Source: Nemertoderma westbladi (Eukaryota; Animalia; Xenacoelomorpha). From it: a stretch of 64,000 nucleotides of DNA. The notes below the pieces were generated by a model. The model worked only from the letters and a program-made list of their open reading frames with translations. It was not told where the DNA came from and did not search any database. A program made the position numbers and the translations under genes. This document shows positions 50,108 to 62,150 of the stretch, one piece after another. The stretch is taken from contig JAUCBJ010006611.1 in assembly GCA_032718475.1 (NCBI GenBank), positions 2,669 to 66,668 of the forward strand, read 5' to 3'. The stretch's first letter is position 1; every line of letters begins with the position of its first letter.

Positions 50108-50806
50108 CTTCTTGCTGTCTCAGGTTAGTTTAGGTTTATATATATAGTCTAAGGGTAACAGACAGGGTGGATACAGTATACCAGTATTTTTATTTTTTTT
50201 CTTATTTTGGTTAACAAAATTATAGTTCATTGTTTGAAAATTGAGTTTATATATATTTTTGTAGTGGGTCGCAGATGTTTACATTACAAAATTCACATAG
50301 TTAACAAAATGTAGAACATAAACCTTTCCCATGTGGATTAGCGATATATGCTCTGTTCATTGTTCTATTCTGAAAGTAGGGAGATGCATAGCGGATGTTT
50401 TAATAATAATAATATGTGCCGGTATACAGACTAGTAACAGATAGGATGGCATCGTCTTTGACTATGAATACCAGCACATACCCCTAATCTTTTTCTCACT
50501 GAGCTTAGCGTTGCCTGCTGTACACACGCACACTCATAAGTAACAGATGCGCTATTGTAGCTCACTCATGAGCAACAATGCTTAGTTAGCTAGCTAGCTA
50601 GCTATGGCTGCTGAGTATACTATGCCTACTTGAGTGTTACAAGCAATCGCTCTACTGAAGTTAGTTAGTTAATTTCCCATCAAACTAGTTGTTGATTTAA
50701 AAAAAAATATTCATAAATTTCTTCTCCCCCCAATTTAATATATATATATTTTACAGTAAAAATCTCCACCACCAAACAGCAACAACAACAATAAATTTCA
50801 CTCACA

Positions 50807-51361
50807 CTAATTATATTTTACATCAAAAACCCCCACACCAAACAATAATAAATTATTAACCAGTTTGTTGAATATAGGATAATATATATGAAATTTAAAC
50901 GGGGAACACATTAATGTACATTTACCAGTGTAGAAACAGAAAACAACAACAATATTATTTATTCTGACTTTACAGTTATTGAATATTTCAGGGTCGTATG
51001 AAATTTCTAGTTTAACATTATCAAATATAACATAAAACCCGATATTGTTTATAAGTAACCTATAAATTACAGTATCGATACTAAAAATATAAGTACACAA
51101 ATTGATTGATTTAAAAATCAAATTAATGTTTGTTTTTTCTAATATATGCTTTTTCACTTTATTAAAATTATATTTTCTACCGAGAATTGTTATTCGTCCA
51201 TTTGTAAACATTAATATGGTTGCACCAAATACCTTATATATAAACTGATTAGGTTTGAGTACAATTTTACCATTCAATTGATTTTTTAATTCTCTTAAAT
51301 TAAGTCCATAAATAATCTGCTTACAACTTATATTTTTATTTACTATTTGATAATTCATCAT
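50807..51361 (-). CDS. TATA-box-binding-protein-like protein
   Basis: Two TBP-like half repeats: YQIVN..LNLREL..ATILMFTNGRITILG and SYDPEIF..VVFCFYTGKCTL (cf. TBP TTALIFSSGKMVCTG, SYEPELF, LLIFVSGKVVL). Start could be 51388, 51361 or 51358. Confidence 0.78.
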   Translation of the reverse strand: MMNYQIVNKNISCKQIIYGLNLRELKNQLNGKIVLKPNQFIYKVFGATILMFTNGRITILGRKYNFNKVKKHILEKTNINLIFKSINLCTYIFSIDTVIYRLLINNIGFYVIFDNVKLEISYDPEIFNNCKVRINNIVVVFCFYTGKCTLMCSPFKFHIYYPIFNKLVNNLLLFGVGVFDVKYN

Positions 51362-54300
51362 CAACACCATCGTCTTTTGGTTCTTCATAAATTGGTATAT
51401 TTGTGGCTGGCCACGAGAAAAGGGACCTTATGTTACCGGAGGTCGATTTTGAGTTATTAGGCCTATGAGATGCAGAATTTTACAGAGATTTTAACAAAAA
51501 AAACGGTGTCTCAATATCTATTTCCAAAAAAAAGTTATAGCGATTTATGTGAAGGTGATTCGGGTAGCTCTATTCCTACCTACCCTTATTAGTACCTTTT
51601 ATTAAAGTCCTAAATTCAGACATGAAAACACTAAAACAGTGTTATATACAACACTGCAACATCTTATATTGCTTCCTGTAATTAGTTCTTTCCTAGGTAT
51701 CTTGAATATCAGAACCAATTTGAATTTCCCGCATCGTTTTATACATTTATAAATTGATAATCCAATTAAATTAGTTCAAAATTAGAGGGAAACTTTAAAC
51801 GCGATTATCTCAGAATCAGGTTTTGCGACATAAGGTCCCTTTTCTCGTGGCCAGCCACATTTGATATTTTTATAGGTTTTTTGAGGTTTGTTTTATAGTG
51901 CCCCCAAGGAAGTGATTGATTTTTATTAACCCAATAAAGTTTATCATCAAAGCTACTGAGTGCAAATTTATTTTGCTTTAAGGTATAAATATGATGTAAT
52001 TTAGATTGAAATCTGTGTATGTTTTTTTTTATTTCTTCATTTGAGTTATATGCTTTTAAATATTCTTCATGTGTAATATTCGTTTCCACAACAGCTCTTG
52101 TAATACCTTTTGCTCTACGAATATTTTTATTATTCCATTCCAAAATTGAATATAATTTTGGTCTTAAAAATACTGCTTGTTTAATTTCACGTGAGGCTAG
52201 TTCGTCTTTACAGTAATAGAGTCTGGATTTATTTTTATCGCTGTAGAGTGGGTGATCCTTAGGGTAATTGGATGTATCTAAAATATTATTTTTAATTAAT
52301 GCTTTTAAAAAATTATTCTGTGATGTATTATAATAACAACCTATCAACAAGTCAGTGTCTGATGCAGCAATTTCAATACAGCAGTTTAATTCTTTCTCAA
52401 TAGGTAGCAATTTATTGTAATACAGCTCATACATATCCAATTTAGCCAAGTCCAACACAGTGCTACCAATAAATATAGGCTTATCGAGAGTTACAGAGTC
52501 TTTCACTAATAAATGTCCCGATAGTGTATTATTGTATATTATAAATTGTTCATGATTAATACGATTTACCAATTGATCGCATTTATTGTTGCTATTTGCG
52601 ATACGAAAGTTACATCGATCTCTTATCTTTTCTATTGATTTGCCAAACAACGAATTATTGAGCAATTTCGCGACAGCTGTTTCAATATAACTTTTTGCCA
52701 GTCGCCTTTGATTAATATTAAAATCGATGTAATTTTTAATACAAATTCTTGTTGAAAAGAATATAATTTATGTAGTTTAGTAACAATTAATCCATGTTTT
52801 ATATAAAATTTTAACAGTTTCAAATGTAAATGATAAAACTCTTTATCAAATTGCGTCAGCATGAGTTTTGGTATAGACATTCTATATTTACGGGAGGTAC
52901 CTCTTTGTAATGACAAGTTATTAAATTGTTCCATCATATAAGGCAAAAGCATTGATTCATTTATACTTAAATGCTCAGGGGCTAACGGTAATTGTAATGT
53001 TTGATCGTGAATAGCCTTGGGATAATTTAAATCACATATTAAAAAATATCCAGTAGATCCATCAATGTCTAAATCTACCAAGTACTCGATTAGTTTTTCT
53101 GGAATTGCATTCTCTAAATGTTTAATACTTACTTCTTTGAATTGTGAGGTGGGTAGTTTTTTACTTAAATTCCCAGAATATAAAGAGTTGAAATCAATAT
53201 TAAAAATATGGCATTCTTCCTTAGTAGAATCATATGTACTTGTACCTGGTATATTTGATTCTATATAATGCTTTCGACAAAATGAAACACCACCCCTAAT
53301 TGATTTTTCAAAATCTCTATATGTCTGATAATCCTTTATTAATTCTATTTTACATTTATTATATTTTAGCGCGCAATCATCTAGGTAAATGACGCGATAC
53401 TACAGTAAAAAACCGCTTCTAAATCGTAATTTTGTTTACAAACATTCCTAAAATTCTCAAATATATCAGCAAGCAAACAAACATCGAGTTTTAAATAGGC
53501 TAAAAGATAATCTTTGAGATTCACACAGTCGAATTCTACCCATGATATTCCCGCAAACCTATAATCTTCAATTGTGCATGTTTTTTGACTTAAGTTACTA
53601 AAAAAATTATTTATAGACGGCAAACCAGTATCATTAAATTTATTTATATCTGTCAAGTACTCGTATGGAAATACTCCTTTCCGTTTAATTGTTGAGTTAT
53701 TCAAGTTTGGATAAAAATATTTCATTTCTTGTAGAGTAATAGGTAAAATTGAGCTTATATCATGACTCACTACATCCTTTGTTGAACACTCAACTAAATT
53801 ACTTAAAGAAAAGCTTAAAAATTGATATGTGTCTAAGAAACGTAACTCAATTTTCTTAGAAGTGTTTTTAATTGGGATAAATGCACTCAGTGAAATATAT
53901 CGTTCTGTATTTCTCGGTATAACCTTTATATCCCAATCTGTGTATTTCTTATCTCTAAATCCGCTTTGTAATATACAATGTATATCGTAATTGTTGGAAT
54001 TATGTCCGCAAAGTACATACAGGTATCGTTTCAATGATAAACTTCGGTTACAACTATTACAGGCTGCCGCAATATATTTACCTGTAATATGTGAATGATG
54101 TCTGTTTTTCCCTACATTATTATTTAAAGTAACATTACAATAAAAACAAAATTTTGCTTGTTCAAAATTTACAAAATCAATATTAGTAAATGACATAGTT
54201 TTATGCGTGTATATTTCTGACCAACAACATAATTCAGTTAAATCAGTATATAATGTATCTAAGAAATCTTGAATACAATTATTATTATTTGACTTTACGA

Positions 54301-55828
54301 ATGTTTTCAAATGACATTTTGGAGCATCAATTAATTCAGTATTGGGAACAATTAAATAACTCACAGCACACGGTATATGCTCCTGTATAATTTGATTATT
54401 AACTGACGGTTGTAAGATACATTCTATATCAAAGTAGGTGACAAACAATGGGGTTAAGGTTCTATCTAAATTTGTAAAACTAATGTGTGTTCTTTTTTTA
54501 TTAGGTAGTGTCTCTCGCTGACTTCTTCCTTGGTAGCAGGCGAGACGGTGTCGATGAAGAACTTCCGCACGAAAAAAATGAGCCAAACACCTTTCGCAAT
54601 ATTTCCTATTCCCGATATGAAGAGCTCTCGTATTCAGCAATCGATTCAGGTTAGTTATGCAAACATAATGATTCAGTTTAGGTACATTGTTATTTTTTAC
54701 TACAAGTAATATATTTAATAACTGTTTATCGGGTGTAATTTTACTAAACGGAGGTTGTCTTAATATAGATACGGGGGTGCGTTTGTTGTCGTTATTCCAA
54801 CATAGTAAATTAATTATATATTTTGAATTTTGTTTTTCAAAAAGTTTAATCGCTAACTGCCACTCTGTTGGATAATCATTTTTCCCATTGTCAAAAATGA
54901 AATGACTCATATAATTTTTGTACGACGAAGTACGCTGTTTGTTGTTTTTCACTTTGCTACCAAATTTTGCAGATATAATTGCCCATTTAAAACAGTCATT
55001 ATCAGCCGATTGTACATTTATAACACACTGTTTACCTGATAGAGCCTTAGGTAATTCCATATATCCATGCCCCTTATATAGTAACGACCTACACTTAGAT
55101 TCAGCTAATTTAATTTCAACCCTTAATAAAGATTTAATACGCCACCCCGAACCACGTGTGTTAAAGATGGCTATTTTTTGTAATATATTTTCCACCACAT
55201 ACTCAAACCATGTGTCAAAACTTTGCGATGAATCTACAGTATTAATAGCACCACCGGAAGAATTAAAATAAAAGGTTTCCAATTGCTCACCTTCTGAAAA
55301 ATGTGATCTGTACATTAATACATTTAGACCTAACCACAGTCTAAGAACATTCATTTCTTTCAATCTATCTAATATTAACTGAAGAATATTACCTCGAATT
55401 TGCGCTAATGCTGTTTCTACATCGGGATAATCTCTAGAAGTTGGGAGGTCGTGGGCTTCTTGTTCCCGCGTAAAAATTGTTGCGCATGTACCAAGAGCCA
55501 CCCTTAAGTTTTTTCTGGATATTATATTTTTATGTTGCGGAAATTTACGCTTTCTTGTGTAGTAACATTTCAAGTGACAATCGTGTCGTATATAATTCTC
55601 ATATGTATACTCTTTATTACAGGTAGAACAAGTCAATTGATAGGTGCGGAACTCCATTTCTTTACAACCAGTAGTTGATTCATGTCGTTTACAAATTTCG
55701 CTGCATGAAGTCATGACATGACACTTAAAACAAGAATAACCTTCAAAATGCGAGCGTAGGTGGCGTAAATAATTATGTCTAGTTACATTCATATGACAGA
55801 ATGAACAACATATTGTTATTTTATCCAT
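51336..55828 (-). pseudogene. Protein-primed family B DNA polymerase (pPolB); two frameshifts and a MITE near the 3' end
   Basis: GSGW, NDCFKWAI, FDIEC, EndoVII-like RHHSHITGKY..ACNSCN, HNSNNYD, FLDTY, RKGVFPYEY, IRGG, DFNSLY, LNNSLFGK, SDTD, KLY, KGI. Confidence 0.93.
51403..51858. mobile_element. Non-autonomous TIR DNA transposon (Sola-like by TSD)
   Basis: 31-bp TIR GTGGCTGGCCACGAGAAAAGGGACCTTATGT; 4-bp TSD ATTT (51399-402 / 51859-62). Confidence 0.85.
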
Positions 55829-56015
55829 GTTGAAGTTTGTTTAGATAAATAATAATAATAATAATAATAATAAAATATGTCCAAAGATTAAAATAAAATG
55901 ATATGATATTGACTATATCTAAACATTTATATGCTAGCGAGGGAAATAATTTTAAACCAATCACCAATCGCTTATGACTATTGGAAACCGCAAAGAGTTT
56001 AACTTATGATTAGGT

Positions 56016-57080
56016 TTACATATTAGGATAATAATCTGGTTTCCATGGAGAATTAGTAACAGGCTCTACTAGAACTGGGTTACTGACAACTTTCTGTTTC
56101 TTTGCAGGTGATGCGTTGGTAAATTTACTCGATGATCTTGGCTTCCGAGGTAATATTTCAGGAAAGACCTGTTGCGGTTGAGAGCAACTCTCTTCAACAT
56201 CCGGATTAGGTGATGGGATCTCTACGAATGCTTTAGGTTTATCCAAAAGGACAAAACCGTCAACATGGGCTTCAGTAAGAGAAACGCCATCCATCGATTC
56301 TTTGAGAAAACTAATATGGGCTTTATCATTCAAGTAATGCAACTCAATAGAATTTCCGCCGGCACCTACTTCAGTAGAATTATCGGTGTTGGTGATAATA
56401 ATTTTTTTATTATTGGTTTTAATCATTTTGAGCCGGTCTGATAATTGAATGATATTTTTATCAAAAAGATGCTTGTCTGTTTCATCGACTTGGTTGTCCC
56501 ACTCTCGCAACAAAACGGTTAGTTCCTGTTTTGACAAATTGAAACCCGTATAATAGTTAAAACCAACACTATCAGCGTATCTGAGGCTGATTTTCCATAA
56601 GCCAACATAGTTGGTTCCTTTAAAAGCTGTTACAAATCCAATAAACTCTGGATTTGATAATTCAATGTAGAATTGATCGCTAATAATCTCTAGCGGTGGA
56701 GAGAGAAATTGCAATAATTTCCCTCTGTATTGAATTAGAACTTCAGTAAAAGCTTTGTTGAGAACTTTACATTTGCCTTGTTTCTGAACGTAAACATCAC
56801 CCGATGTGGGGTTGATGGAAATATTCAAATTTCCCCGCGCAAAATGAAGAGTTGGATATATCCTACCTGGTATAATTGCTGGTCTGGATTGATGTTGGTT
56901 GTTGTTGGTTGTTTCTAGAATGTCTAACAAATAGCGGGTATCTTGATGGGAAAAACAAATTGATTCATTGTCCTCCTGAGATTCCACAATAAAATACTTG
57001 CTGTGAACGACGGTACAAGTATATTTATTGTAAGTAAATTTCCAGCTATTTGTTCCTCCGGTTTTTTGCGTTAAGGCCAT
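56016..57080 (-). CDS. Polinton protein with PC4/Sub1-like ssDNA-binding motif(s)
   Basis: FVTAFKGTNYVGLW...TGFNLSKQEL resembles PC4 VSVRDFKGKVLIDIR...KGISLNPEQW; NLS-like PAKKQK. Confidence 0.55.
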   Translation of the reverse strand: MALTQKTGGTNSWKFTYNKYTCTVVHSKYFIVESQEDNESICFSHQDTRYLLDILETTNNNQHQSRPAIIPGRIYPTLHFARGNLNISINPTSGDVYVQKQGKCKVLNKAFTEVLIQYRGKLLQFLSPPLEIISDQFYIELSNPEFIGFVTAFKGTNYVGLWKISLRYADSVGFNYYTGFNLSKQELTVLLREWDNQVDETDKHLFDKNIIQLSDRLKMIKTNNKKIIITNTDNSTEVGAGGNSIELHYLNDKAHISFLKESMDGVSLTEAHVDGFVLLDKPKAFVEIPSPNPDVEESCSQPQQVFPEILPRKPRSSSKFTNASPAKKQKVVSNPVLVEPVTNSPWKPDYYPNM

Positions 57081-58102
57081 AATAATAATAAATACGAAAA
57101 ATATTACAAGTGATAAATTTTAAACCATATCGCTGTAATAAATTGACACCATAGTTCTCACTCTAAAAATTGTGATGGTTGGAAAACAACACCTGATAAA
57201 ATGATACTGAATCCGACATTGGGGTTGAAAAACCCATAAAAAAATAGAAAGCTGTTACAAATCCAATAAACTCTGGATTTGATAATTCAATGTAGAATTG
57301 ATCGCTAATAATCTCTAGCAGCTATTTATTTTTTTACAGGTTTTACAACCCTAATGTTGGAAACAGTATCATTTATAATGTAGAAATTATTAAGAAAATA
57401 ACACAATTTTAGAGTGAGAACAAAAAATTAGATATGGTATCAATATATTAAAATGAAGATTACAAGTGATGAATTTTATTAAAAACATTCAGTTATATAT
57501 AAATTTGCGATGTGGCATAGTCAACGTAGAAGAGATGGGACGTGTCATAATCATCGACGAATAAGAAAAGAGATGGGGTGCAATGCGGATGAATGGTTGA
57601 TTGGTTGCGTGGATAGGAAATACATGAAAGAATATGAATCATAGGGTTGTGCGTAATAATCAATAATTATTATAATAAAAACGCTCAGTATAATGTTAGT
57701 ATTAGCCTTTCAATATGGCACAGATGCTGTGGGATCGGTTAGGATGATTAACAATGGAAATGTTCGTATACGTGTAGCTGGAACGTGGCGGAATTTCATG
57801 TATCATAGTGCTGGACTGGTAGGCTGGTTGGTTGGTTTGGATTGGTGACAGCCGTCGAGGAGTAGCGGTAGCTAGCGGTGGGGTGGGTAAATCGTTGAGT
57901 TGGCAATCGATATAATATCGGGTGGGGTATATGCGTGTAGATGGCCACGTCGTTGTTAGTAGTATCATCACATATACAGTATACAGTGGGGGTGGTGGTA
58001 GCGTGGCGAAAAGGTGAATAACCGGTGGGCCAGTTAGTTTGTTAGTTAGTTAGTGGGTAACAGCATTCAGTCAGTCGATCGATCGGTCGGTCGGTCGATT
58101 GA

Positions 58103-58300
58103 GGTTAGGCTACGCGTAGGTGAATACGCAACGATTGGTTGAAGGCAAGGCAACGACGCGAATCAATACTGGTGGTGACAGATGGTCATTAAACACTGCA
58201 ATTTAGCACCGGAATTTGGCATTTTTAATAGCCCTCCGAGATCTAGCCCATAGCCCAAGCTAGGGAGGAGTACGCTGAGGTCTATGTTTCTCCTACTACT
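58103..58300 (-). repeat. Polinton right TIR
   Basis: Reverse complement of 39314-39511. Confidence 0.95.
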
Positions 58301-58556
58301 AACGGCTCCTCAGCTCACTAGAACATGCTGCTTCTAGTGTTGGTCTTTTTATTAACTCCAGAAAGACCAAAATTCTGCAATTTAGCACCGGAATTTGGCA
58401 TTTTTAATAGCCCTCCGAGATCTAGCCCATAGCCCAAGCTAGGGAGGAGTACGCTGAGGTCTATGTTTCTCCTACTACTAACGGCTCCTCAGCTCACTAG
58501 AACATGCTGCTTCTAGTGTTGGTCTTTTTATTAACTCCAGAAAGACCAAAATTCTG
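58196..58556. repeat. 179-bp tandem duplication spanning the Polinton right end, TSD and LINE flank
   Basis: ctactact-aacggc occurs at both 58293-58306 and 58472-58485. Confidence 0.9.
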
Positions 58557-59263
58557 ACAGTTAACTTTGAAACTCCTCAGCAAGTCTCTGATCGGATGAG
58601 CATAAGCTCAAAGGATGGTATGCTTGAGCATGTGGACGACTTCTGTTACCTGGGATCATGGATCCGGAAGTCAGGTGAGGACCTTCGAATACGTAAGGGA
58701 AAGGCATGGGCAGCCTTGAATAGGCTTTCCAGGATTTGGAAGTCACCGAGAATTAATCGGAAACTTAAGGTCCGATTATTTAGAGCAGCAGTAGTTCCAG
58801 TACACCTCTACGGGAGTCCATGCTGGGCTCTAACTGCTGAGGACACCAAATCTCTGGATGGCACATTCACAAGAATGCTACGCCGGGTTCATTGTGTCAA
58901 GTACAATGCACACATCTCCAACCAGACACTATATAACATTGGAGGTGTTTCATTGGTTTCCCCAAGCTTGACACTAGAACAAAATCGCCTCCGCTTTGCA
59001 GGACATTGCTTTCGCCGTGAGGACCAGCCAGTGCATAATCTTGTACTTTGGCAGCCTCGTGGAGTGAATAAGCATGGTGGACAGCCCATGACTTTCTTGA
59101 GACGCATCTTAAAGGACACTGGCCTTAAAGATGCGGATGATCTAGCAAATGTCATGGGTGATAGGGAGTTGTGGCGGTGCAATTTTGTTGACAAGCCGGC
59201 ACAGCATTCTTAAAAATGCAGCTGCAATGCAGCATGCCGATCCTAGTAGTAGTAGTAGAAGTA
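58480..59263 (+). pseudogene. RTE-like LINE 3' portion with (AGT)n tail
   Basis: GLFINSRKTK, FCYLGS, KAWAAL..IWKS, LYGS..W, LRFAGHCFR; tail tagtagtagtagtag at ~59243. Confidence 0.88.
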
Positions 59264-59361
59264 GGGCTGCCTAAAAAACGGAAAACGCAAAACGAAACAC
59301 TGGGCAATCTACCGTCTGTACAAAATACAATTATTATTGTTGTAATAAATTAGGCGCCTAA

Positions 59362-60100
59362 ACCCCGGTTTCCATGATGCAATATAGCTAGTAGCCTCGA
59401 GCTAGTAGCTACTGGGTCGTCGCCAATAGCTAATAGCCGCGGCCACTAGCTACTGGCCGCAGCCAGTGGCTACTTGCCGCAAAACCAATAGCTACTGGCC
59501 GCGAAACTTCTAGCTATTTGCGCGAGGAAAATATCCTTCAACCAATTCAGAGCCGTAGCTGCACGCTACGTGCAATACAATATTTTAATCAATAACAATC
59601 ACTTTTTAATTATTACTAGCAATACTGTAGTAGTACTATACAATATAATAGCAAAGTATATTAATTTTTTAATTTTAAATGTTCTACAACATTTCATGTA
59701 TTTATTTTGAAAAAAAATTGTTCTAGAACATATGTATATAGGTATATAATATATATATTGTTCTAGAAACTAGTTATAATTTGTTCTAGAACAACTGGTG
59801 TGGGGTCCATCCACAATTAAAAAATTAAAGAAAGCCGTAAAAAACCTTTTATGTGATGGGTAGAAATTATCTGAAAGATACAAAAACAAGATATTAAAAG
59901 GCGAGGACCGAGGAACCATTTCAGATAGCCGTGTGTTTTATGGAAACAGGGTGTTTCATGGAAACCGGGATGACAGTGTCTCAAATAGCCGGTAGCTACG
60001 AGCCGCTGCTAACAGCTAGTAGTCTGCTGAAACCAGCTATTTTCAGTAGTATTTTCAGCTACATTATTAGCTAGCTATGTTACATCATGGAAACCGGGCT
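59362..60100. mobile_element. PIF/Harbinger-like MITE
   Basis: Imperfect ~30-bp TIR a(c/g)cccggtttccatgatg..; TAA on both flanks; internal GCTACT/TAGC subrepeats. Confidence 0.7.
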
Positions 60101-60640
60101 TAAAACCAAATAAAATATAAGTTATTTTCGTTAAAATAAACTTATCATTCGAGGTTAAGACACCTAGATCCCTTTCTTATAATATATTGTATGTTAAAAA
60201 AACACTGTTTGAAAGAAATGTATCTTCTCCTACAATTCTAAATGAAATAAAGCGAAAATTTGCAGAAAACATGTCCAATAGGTGCTCCCTATGGGGTGTG
60301 GACAGAATTTTGATTGAGTGAATTCTACGATTATGATCGGTAATTCTAGAATTAATTTCACTGTTGCCAAGCAACCAGCAGGTCCCTCGCAACCAAAACC
60401 TTGCATACACAACTAGGTCCGATAATAAACCTACCATCAAAGTTTCATCCAACTCCATCAACATTAAGTGCAAGAAGTTGTGTGTACAAACAAACACACA
60501 TAGAAACAAACAAGCGTGAGAAATAAGCAGATGAAATGAGATGAAATAATGAGAAATATACATCCATGATGGATCCGTCCAATTAATCATTATCTTTAAT
60601 GCGTGCATTGTCTTACATTTATCTGTAAAAGCCATCAACC

Positions 60641-60712
60641 AGCAGAGTGGCGCAGTGGAAGCGTGCTGGGCCCATAACCCAGAGGTCCGTGGATCGAAAC
60701 CACGCTCTGCTA
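60641..60712 (+). tRNA. Initiator tRNA-Met (CAT)
   Basis: AGCAGAG...CTCTGCTA cloverleaf, A1:U72 pair, GGG/CCC anticodon stem, GATCGAAAC T-loop, downstream T-run at ~60720. Confidence 0.96.
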
Positions 60713-62150
60713 GGTTCCGTTTTTGCTTATTATAAACATGGCAGCCTTCAACCCTAAAAAAAGATAACAGAAATTAAGTTTCTATCTGCGAACAAAACCA
60801 TCCTAATGTTGATTCTGAAAGTCCTAGTACATTATATAATCGCAGCCTTATTATATACGGCTGCGAAATCTGTGGATGTAATGTAAAGCTCCGAAAAAAC
60901 TTATTACATACAGTATACACTATTTCCTTCCCGTTCCACCTAAATCTCCATGGCGTTCCCTCCCATTCTGTCGAAATCACCAACAACGTTCCTTCATGTT
61001 CCACCTATATCATCCATGGCGTTCCCTCCCGTTCCGACTTATGAGTTATTTCTTCGAGTTGTTTTCCTTTGAACTCACTCATTCTCCCCTCTGAAATCAA
61101 AACCATGAGTTTTGAAACTTGAGAAACCTCAATTACATCGCTATCCATCTATACATTGCTATACATGTATTTACCGCACAATACGTCGGTACGCCAAATG
61201 CTGGAATGCTTCACTACACGGCTCTCGTAAAGAACGTGCAAGCGAATAAGAGAGAAGGTTTGAGACAAGATTGGTTTGAAGAACTTAGTAAATAGTTTAT
61301 ATAGAAAGAAAGTGAATGCATACTGTAAGCCAAGGTAAATGTTTAACTTTTTGATTAAAAATTAAATTCATATTTATGTTCTCTCGACATACTTGCCAGT
61401 CATAGATAATGTATTTTTCAAATGAATTTATCCTAATAGTTGACATGTAATACTAAATAATATCGACGGAACCACATCAAGTGTATCGGGTATACGCCTA
61501 TGTGCAAACACATACCGCTTATAATAAAAATATATTATATAAGGATGTAGCTGTAGCAGATATGTGAAATTGAAAGTATTAAAATTGAAGTGCAGTACAA
61601 CAGTATATAGGCCTACCGGTTTTAGGCCTACTAGTAGTGATAATGGTAGTAATATAACAGTATGCCTACTACAGTACTACTAGCCTACTATACAGGAGCC
61701 CATAAAACAACAGGAGACTTAAACATTCTTGCTGATTAGTGGACCTCAAACACCGGTCAGCCGGTGCATTACAGTAGGGCCTACATTTGCATAACGAACG
61801 CTCAGATTAGAATTCACTTTCATTTTATTAATACGGAATCTACCTCCTACAGTCCTACACAGCAATCCTACTAAAAGACAGGCATGGCAGCCGGATTTAT
61901 GCCTTCAAACTTGAAGGCTAACTTATGCAGGACCGCCAGGCAGCAGACCAGCACTGGAGCACTGCATACAATACAGTACTGGCCAACTGTTATACTTTAT
62001 GTACTACCGGTACCAGTAACATACTTATTACTTATGTCTGTACAGTATGTAATAAGTACATTTTACGTCTGTAGCTAGCTTTCATATTCCTGTTAATTCT
62101 GTAATTATTGAATTGTATTGCATTTGTTATTATTGTTTATATATTTGAAT

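Larger units (their letters stand above)
39314..58300. mobile_element. Polinton/Maverick (adintovirus-like endogenous element), 18,987 bp
   Basis: AGTAGTAG...CTACTACT termini; 198-bp TIRs with 2 mismatches; 6-bp TSD AACGGC (39308-13 / 58301-06); pPolB, rve-integrase, ATPase, protease and capsid genes. Confidence 0.96.

Noticed and set aside
59243-59263. (AGT)n as another Polinton terminus
   Set aside because: No TIR sequence follows; it sits at the LINE 3' end as its tail.
60120-60545. 153-aa minus-strand ORF (60177-60638) or a second HINE-like element
   Set aside because: No protein motif; element boundaries not supportable.
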